DNA of 64,000 bases, from the IMG/VR virus record IMGVR_UViG_3300025018_000091; one strand, written 5' to 3'. Below the pieces are notes generated by a model that saw only the letters and a list, made by a program, of their open reading frames with translations, was not told where the DNA came from and did no database searches. The position numbers and the translations under genes were made by a program. Shown here piece by piece: positions 58,705 through 64,000 of this stretch. Position 1 is the stretch's first letter. Each line of letters opens with the position of its first letter. Source of the stretch: a virus. Lineage: Duplodnaviria; Caudoviricetes.

Positions 58705-59532
58705 TTACCTGTTGTAAAGATTAAACTTTCTATCTTTTTCGTATATATCTTGGTCTAAGCAATAATGCTTTTCCCACTTATTTTTTAAATAGATTAGGTT
58801 GTGATTCAAAAACAATCTATTTGTTGGCACTTTTTTAAGAGAGCTACTGTCTTCATGATAGATATTGGTGCCACCACAGTACACAATCTTTTTTTCCATA
58901 TTATACTTAATAGCTAAACATAAATCAACATCATCAAATCCCCAATGATATTTTTCATCCATACCATTATTACCTGATTTTTGATTGTGATGTGCTGCCT
59001 TAAAGTATTTAGCTTTAGTTAAAAGAACTGCCCCCGTAACTACCTGAAATAAACGGTTTTTTTCAGCATCATTATCAGATTCATCATTTAATCTAAAATG
59101 TGCTGGTGCTTTATGATTATTATTGAAAACAACACCTGCATGCTGTAATTTATTAGTATCTGTAAATAATAATCTAGCCCCAACTACACCAATATGAGAA
59201 TCTTCTTCCATTAATTTAATCATTTTATTGATTGATGTAGTGTCATTAAATATAACATCATTATTTAACAATAACACATAATCATTATCATTTGGGGCAG
59301 CCTCATTAAAACACATATTGGTGCCTTGTGAAAAATTCTGCAAATTATTGTGATATGGTATTAATTTTATATTACCTTCCCAGTCAGACACAACATCTAT
59401 TGTCCCGTCTGTTGATGCATTGTCTTTGATAAACCAAGTATAATCAATATCAGATAAAGAATGCAGCAGCGATTCTTTTAATTTAGTTAGTTTATCTATT
59501 CCGTTCCAAGTTAGTGTTAATATATGTAACAT
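58705..59532 (-). CDS. GT2 glycosyltransferase
   Basis: LTWN, DNASTDG, NFSQG.N, LLLNND, VTGAVLL, DDVDLC. Confidence 0.9.
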   Translation of the reverse strand: MLHILTLTWNGIDKLTKLKESLLHSLSDIDYTWFIKDNASTDGTIDVVSDWEGNIKLIPYHNNLQNFSQGTNMCFNEAAPNDNDYVLLLNNDVIFNDTTSINKMIKLMEEDSHIGVVGARLLFTDTNKLQHAGVVFNNNHKAPAHFRLNDESDNDAEKNRLFQVVTGAVLLTKAKYFKAAHHNQKSGNNGMDEKYHWGFDDVDLCLAIKYNMEKKIVYCGGTNIYHEDSSSLKKVPTNRLFLNHNLIYLKNKWEKHYCLDQDIYEKDRKFNLYNR

Positions 59533-59541
59533 ATTCTACCT

Positions 59542-60549
59542 TTATAAAGCGGTTCTTAATCCACCCATAACCGCTATATCTCCGTTTGTTCCAAAATATA
59601 ATGATGGACCCACGTATGTATTATTCATAAGAGGAATGTGTTTTCCTACATTATACGCAAACGGCGTAACTACTCCTTGCAGTTTGCCGCTAACTATTCC
59701 ATAACCAAATCCAAGTTGTAAGAATGAAAAATCAGGCTGATTTTTATATCTTCCATATGACATAAACCCTATATCCAGGTTAGGCGCAAATTCAGCATTC
59801 ATTTGTGACAAATTTAAACCAGTATCAACCCCCATAAATAACCTGGGGTTCCAAAAACTAAAACCAGCTTCAGGATACTCCTGCTTAGAAACTGCTTTAT
59901 CAATTCTTAAATCATATGATCTGCCATCTACAACTACAGTGAATTTATTATAAATGTATTCTCTTTGATTTTCATCAACTCCAGTAACCGTGGTTACTCT
60001 ATATTGTCTCGGTAATACATTTATATACCATGGATCTTTTTTCCATGCAGAAAATCCAACCTGACCAAATGGCACAGATGTATTTCCAAATTGTTCTGAT
60101 AAATCTAAATCTTTACGTGCCGCCATATATCCAAAAGGATCTGCATTAGGACACGGAACTTGGGTTCCATTACAATCTACTGTTGGTGTTTGTGGATTAG
60201 GATTAGTAGGACCCGTATTGGTACTTGGTACATTATCCTTTTTTGTTCCATTACTTACAACCGTAACAACATTTATGGATTTAATCTCTGCATGCAACTT
60301 ATCCATATCATTTCGAATTGCATCTAATGCTACACCATTATTTTTAGCAAATACTTCAATATCTTTTCTTGTGGCATATTCGCCCATACTACGAGTTATT
60401 CCGTCAGTTAATTCTTTTTGTTTAATAACTTCAGTTTCTATAGCTTTCTGTCTTTCTGAAATTTCAAATTGCTTATATATTATTAATGAAGTTGCACACA
60501 AAGCAACAATAACGCCAACTGTAATTAATATTTTTGTTAGTAATGACAT
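59542..60549 (-). CDS. Membrane-anchored protein with a coiled coil and beta-strand-rich C-terminus
   Basis: N-terminal hydrophobic helix ILITVGVIVALCATSLIIY; alternating-pattern strands in the last ~100 aa. Confidence 0.7.
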   Translation of the reverse strand: MSLLTKILITVGVIVALCATSLIIYKQFEISERQKAIETEVIKQKELTDGITRSMGEYATRKDIEVFAKNNGVALDAIRNDMDKLHAEIKSINVVTVVSNGTKKDNVPSTNTGPTNPNPQTPTVDCNGTQVPCPNADPFGYMAARKDLDLSEQFGNTSVPFGQVGFSAWKKDPWYINVLPRQYRVTTVTGVDENQREYIYNKFTVVVDGRSYDLRIDKAVSKQEYPEAGFSFWNPRLFMGVDTGLNLSQMNAEFAPNLDIGFMSYGRYKNQPDFSFLQLGFGYGIVSGKLQGVVTPFAYNVGKHIPLMNNTYVGPSLYFGTNGDIAVMGGLRTAL

Positions 60550-60597
60550 GATAACCTTAGAGGTATATAATTCCTGTACACCTCCACCTATACCAAA

Positions 60598-60654
60598 TCA
60601 TTTCATCCATTTATTTACAAAAATATCTCTGGCTGATTTATACAATTGGTAACT
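60598..60654 (-). pseudogene. Stranded C-terminal fragment of the 61594..62280 glycosyltransferase
   Basis: Frame reads SYQLYKSARDIFVNKWMK-stop, matching TYKLYKNARSIFIKKWEK. Confidence 0.78.
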
Positions 60655-61597
60655 TTTTTCTATTTCCAGCACAATCGGGGCACCAATGTCCCCTTTCTAT
60701 AGAATATCCAATAGCTGTCCATATATGTCCATTTTTACATTTCCAAATTAATTTTGTATTATAATTAATATATATATTACTCAAACACTCGCCATCCCTA
60801 TTTTTTGCCAACTCTTTATATTTTTGGATTTTATCAGAGTATAATTTGGTTAAATCCAAAAAAATATCTCTAGGTATAAATCCATATTCTATTAAAATAT
60901 TATTAATTATATCAGTAATTGATTTTAAATTAACATGATTATTGAAATATGGAATTAAAATCAATAAAACATTATTTTCTGAACATAATTTTTGTTTAAG
61001 TAAATCATCTTCTTTTCTTTTATCTAATTGTTTTTGAGTTTTAATAAAAAAACCATCTATTTCATAATGTTGAATTCCTTGATATTCAAAAGCAATTTTT
61101 AATTCAGAATTAAATCCATCTAATTCTAATAATGATCCTGATTTTTTTCTTAACCATTTTGGTTTAGCCTTAGAAAACGGTTTTTTAAAAAATTGTTCAA
61201 AAAATAATCTACATATATTCTCTCCAACATGAGTATTGCAAATAGGGCACCAAGAATTTTTTGATTTCACATTATTAAAATTTGCCTTCCATATATGTCC
61301 AAATTTGCACTCCCATTTTAATGCTGTGGCAGAATTTACATATTTTGTAGATCTACAATAACCATCTTTGGATTTAGCAAAATATATACAGTCTTGTAAT
61401 GTTAATTTTTTATTTTGAGAACAAACTGGACACCATTTACCACATTTAATATTTGCTGGAGATGCCCGCCAAATATGACCAAACTCACATTCCCATAATA
61501 ATTTAGAATGAATAGATACATACTCTTTAGATAAACATTTTCCGCCTTTATCTACTGCATATTTATTGCAAATAGATAAAAAATCATATTTGGTCAT
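60638..61597 (-). CDS. PD-(D/E)xK-type endonuclease with repeated zinc-ribbon modules (putative homing endonuclease)
   Basis: Three GxCLS..Y...KL.W.C..GH.W...WCP.C modules around ELDGF...IAFEYQG.QHY; ATG 61597 overlaps the GT stop. Confidence 0.8.
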   Translation of the reverse strand: MTKYDFLSICNKYAVDKGGKCLSKEYVSIHSKLLWECEFGHIWRASPANIKCGKWCPVCSQNKKLTLQDCIYFAKSKDGYCRSTKYVNSATALKWECKFGHIWKANFNNVKSKNSWCPICNTHVGENICRLFFEQFFKKPFSKAKPKWLRKKSGSLLELDGFNSELKIAFEYQGIQHYEIDGFFIKTQKQLDKRKEDDLLKQKLCSENNVLLILIPYFNNHVNLKSITDIINNILIEYGFIPRDIFLDLTKLYSDKIQKYKELAKNRDGECLSNIYINYNTKLIWKCKNGHIWTAIGYSIERGHWCPDCAGNRKKLPIV

Positions 61598-62280
61598 TTT
61601 ATTATATGTTTTTCCCATTTTTTTATGAAAATACTTCTTGCATTTTTATATAGTTTATAAGTATTTAACTGCTTACTACTGATTTTACCAAAATGAACAA
61701 CCGGAATATCTACGACACTTAATTGTATTCCCTTTTCTCGTGCTCTAAAAGATAAATCGGTATCTTCAAAGTAACAAAAGAACTCTTCACTAAATATCTC
61801 TTTATTACCAGAAATATCTAATTTTTGCCATATTTCTTTTGAACTAGCAATACACCAACCAGATAGATATGACCTTTTAGTTGGAAGTTGCCCATCTGCT
61901 TCCATTACAAATTCTAATTTATCATTCAATAATCCCATTGTTGGTCCACATAAAGCATCTGAACACTTATCAATAAGCGGCTTTGTCCAATCAGAATAAT
62001 TAGATTTAACTCTGATATCATTGTTTAAAAACAAAACATTAGGGGCGCTGGAATATAAATAACCATAATTACACCCACTTGCAAATCCTGAATTATGACC
62101 CATTTCTTTATACACAATTTCTTTTGAATTTTTTAATTGAGATTTTGTTTCATCTGTACTACCATTATCTATGATAATTATCTCATGATCATTTGATAGT
62201 TGAGATAAGTCTTTTAAACATGATTTTGTAAAGTTATATTTATTAAATACAGGAATAACTATACTTAATATCTTATTCAT
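61594..62280 (-). CDS. GT2 glycosyltransferase with a replacement C-terminus
   Basis: SIVIPVFN, IDNGSTD, GFASGCN.G, FLNND, YFEDTDL. Confidence 0.9.
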   Translation of the reverse strand: MNKILSIVIPVFNKYNFTKSCLKDLSQLSNDHEIIIIDNGSTDETKSQLKNSKEIVYKEMGHNSGFASGCNYGYLYSSAPNVLFLNNDIRVKSNYSDWTKPLIDKCSDALCGPTMGLLNDKLEFVMEADGQLPTKRSYLSGWCIASSKEIWQKLDISGNKEIFSEEFFCYFEDTDLSFRAREKGIQLSVVDIPVVHFGKISSKQLNTYKLYKNARSIFIKKWEKHIIK

Positions 62281-62695
62281 TAAGATTCTCCATTTTACTT
62301 AACTTAGTTATTGCTTCAGGATTTACTAAACTCATACTAATTGTTTCATGTACAGCCCATCCAAGTAATAAATGTCTATTAGATTTAATTATTCTTTTTC
62401 TTGGATCAATAATTATAGTATTATGATCAAATGGTTCTAATTTTGGAATATCTGGTCCTAAAACTTCAATATCCATTCTAACAGAAACTTCCTCAAGTAA
62501 TTTTAAATCTTCAAGTTCTATAATTTCTCCGGGAAAACATAGCTTATTTTCTTTAAGATACAAATTAGATTTAGGAAGATATGTAATACTATCTTCATTT
62601 ACAGAGGTTAATAATTTTTTGTGTAACTTTTCCCCAAGTATATTCAGTAACCAGTTCTTGCATTTTAGGAGAGAATTTTGCATGGTAGCCTCCAT
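62273..62695 (-). CDS. Hypothetical protein, start uncertain
   Basis: The track ORF overlaps the GT4 gene by 101 nt; the true start is probably downstream of 62595. Confidence 0.5.
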   Translation of the reverse strand: MEATMQNSLLKCKNWLLNILGEKLHKKLLTSVNEDSITYLPKSNLYLKENKLCFPGEIIELEDLKLLEEVSVRMDIEVLGPDIPKLEPFDHNTIIIDPRKRIIKSNRHLLLGWAVHETISMSLVNPEAITKLSKMENLNE

Positions 62696-63722
62696 AATTA
62701 TTCACAACATCTTTTAACGCCTGAGCCGCTTTATCAACATCAGGTTCAAATACTTTTGCATATGGCGATGGTTCCCAATATTGCATTCTTTTATCTGCTC
62801 TAATTTCTTTTCCATCTATTAGAACGGAATTATCATCGTTCATAAAATCTAATTGACCACCATAACGAGGCGCAACAACAATTTTATTAGCTCCAAATCC
62901 TTCTAAACCTGGCATCCAAAAACATTCAGCATGAGACATTGAAAATACAATATCACAAGCATTGTATAATGATTCAATATCTGTAATAAAATGATCAATT
63001 ATCTCTACTTCACCACGCTTTTTATATTCCATACAAAAATCTCTATAAATATCATTGAATGGTATACTGCTCGTATGAGTATGTGATTGTGGGCTGGTTC
63101 TTGATACCTTCAAAACCAAACAAACATCATCACTTTTAGTAAAAGCTTTACCATATGCTTTCAAAACATTTGGAATATTCTTTCTAAGATGTGGTTGAGC
63201 TATATTAACTAATATTTTATATTTCTTTTTAGTTTTTAGTGGATATTTATCTGCCGATTTAAACTTATCTAAATGTATACCATGTGGAATAACAACTTGA
63301 TGATCTGATGGCATGCCATTATCTGTAAATATCTTTTTAGAAAAATTAGATGACGGTAATACTTTATCTACAGATTTATAATATTTTGCAAAAGCAGGTG
63401 GTAAAACTGTTGTCTCGTAATTCCAAATTCCAAATCTATTTTTATCGCCTCTTACAAAATAATAAGGAAAATTCTTAAGTGCAGTATAGGATAGTTGACA
63501 TTCGTATAATTTATCTGGCTCTCTACCGAAAATATGTTGAGGTTCATTTTCATTTATGAATCCAACTAAATTATTTTTAAGATCATTTGGGAAATATGTA
63601 TTTCCATTTGTTGAAAATATATGTACTTCATTATTTTGTTTAATCAACTCTCTACATATATTTTGAGCTACAATTGACCAAGAAAAGTTTTTGGCAGCAA
63701 AACCATACCATAAAATCTTCAT
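62595..63722 (-). CDS. GT4 (GT-B) glycosyltransferase
   Basis: VIPHGI, RKN, YNACD..F..S.AECF.MP.LE, YGGQLDF, YTW. Confidence 0.9.
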   Translation of the reverse strand: MKILWYGFAAKNFSWSIVAQNICRELIKQNNEVHIFSTNGNTYFPNDLKNNLVGFINENEPQHIFGREPDKLYECQLSYTALKNFPYYFVRGDKNRFGIWNYETTVLPPAFAKYYKSVDKVLPSSNFSKKIFTDNGMPSDHQVVIPHGIHLDKFKSADKYPLKTKKKYKILVNIAQPHLRKNIPNVLKAYGKAFTKSDDVCLVLKVSRTSPQSHTHTSSIPFNDIYRDFCMEYKKRGEVEIIDHFITDIESLYNACDIVFSMSHAECFWMPGLEGFGANKIVVAPRYGGQLDFMNDDNSVLIDGKEIRADKRMQYWEPSPYAKVFEPDVDKAAQALKDVVNNYGGYHAKFSPKMQELVTEYTWGKVTQKIINLCK

Positions 63723-64000
63723 CTTCTATTCCCGTTTTTAATATTTTCTTTAGCAGAATAAGGTCTCAAATTTTCCAATGACCAACATTTCTTAAAATTT
63801 TCATCATTCATCGATGTATATGGTAATTTACTTTGTGGAATTATATGATCTATATTCCATTTCCAAGTATTTTTATCTTGATCATTCCAATTACTTAGAT
63901 CATATTTACCATGATTGTCCCAATTCATCCATGGCTCAAATAAAGATTCTAGATAACTTTTTAACTCATCAATAGTATAATCTAGATAATTTATACAAGA
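63719..64000 (-). CDS. HNH-type endonuclease, paralogue of 51846..52652; 5' end beyond the window
   Basis: Frame open to 64000: YTIDELKSYLESLFEPWMNWDNHGKYD...WNIDHIIP...NLRP. Confidence 0.85.
   Translation of the reverse strand, partial: SCINYLDYTIDELKSYLESLFEPWMNWDNHGKYDLSNWNDQDKNTWKWNIDHIIPQSKLPYTSMNDENFKKCWSLENLRPYSAKENIKNGNRR

Noticed and set aside
1002-60652. Other short track ORFs antisense or nested in well-supported genes (e.g. 1002..1193, 3226..3429, 15070..15309, 17779..18078, 42925..43326, 56052..56423, 60218..60652)
   Set aside because: Fully overlap genes with recognisable motifs; no independent coding signal.
17499-61597. Group I intron or intein explanation for the endonuclease loci
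   Set aside because: There is almost no non-coding sequence for a ribozyme core, no in-frame fusion or intein Cys/His-Asn ends, and the host terminus is duplicated rather than split. RT-PCR would settle it formally.
62520-62695. Programmed frameshift linking an ATGA-coupled 26-codon ORF (MKIVLHIF...) to the 62273 frame
   Set aside because: No canonical slippery heptamer or downstream structure. A TTG start or gene overlap is simpler, and the start remains unresolved.
1-64000. Eukaryotic giant virus (NCLDV) origin suggested by SET, collagen and zinc-ribbon nuclease genes
   Set aside because: Sigma factor, DnaB/DnaC, IF-1, peptidoglycan hydrolases, Shine-Dalgarno sites and ATGA coupling indicate a bacteriophage.
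1-64000. Stop-codon reassignment (alternative genetic code)
   Set aside because: Conserved enzymes are full length in code 11, and TAA, TGA and TAG all terminate genes at expected positions.

Overview
AT-rich (roughly 30% GC by eye) segment of a large lytic dsDNA bacteriophage genome (jumbo-phage-like), read with the standard bacterial code. Evidence for a phage: sigma-70-family factor, DnaB-like helicase with loader, IF-1, Shine-Dalgarno sites, GH25 and M23 cell-wall hydrolases, and a tubulin/FtsZ-family GTPase. Layout: (1) 1-22 kb, accessory, nucleotide-metabolism and host-takeover genes (kinase-like protein, dUTPase, HD nucleotidase, SET-domain protein, two DEDDh exonucleases, IF-1, IMPDH/GMPR, ThyA, DHFR, M23 peptidase, macro-like, HAD, FAD oxidoreductase); (2) 21.8-40.5 kb, virion-appendage-like genes (collagen G-X-Y, LamG, tandem paralogues) with a glycosyltransferase-TPR gene in the middle; (3) 41-57 kb, MetAP, PhoH, class II RNR, sigma factor, replication genes, lysozyme, tubulin; (4) 57-64 kb, dTDP-glucose dehydratase and glycosyltransferases interleaved with homing endonucleases. 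Most notable: three of the five free-standing endonuclease genes sit inside a host gene terminus and appear to have supplied a recoded replacement terminus, leaving the old N- or C-terminus stranded as an unannotated fragment on the far side. Also notable: about 40 Asp-Gly-Tyr tripeptides in the structural cluster, a shared C-terminal KLxAFL-type motif on unrelated small proteins, and a shared N-terminal motif. No tRNA, rRNA or CRISPR array was recognised. All family calls come from motif recognition by eye, not database searches.
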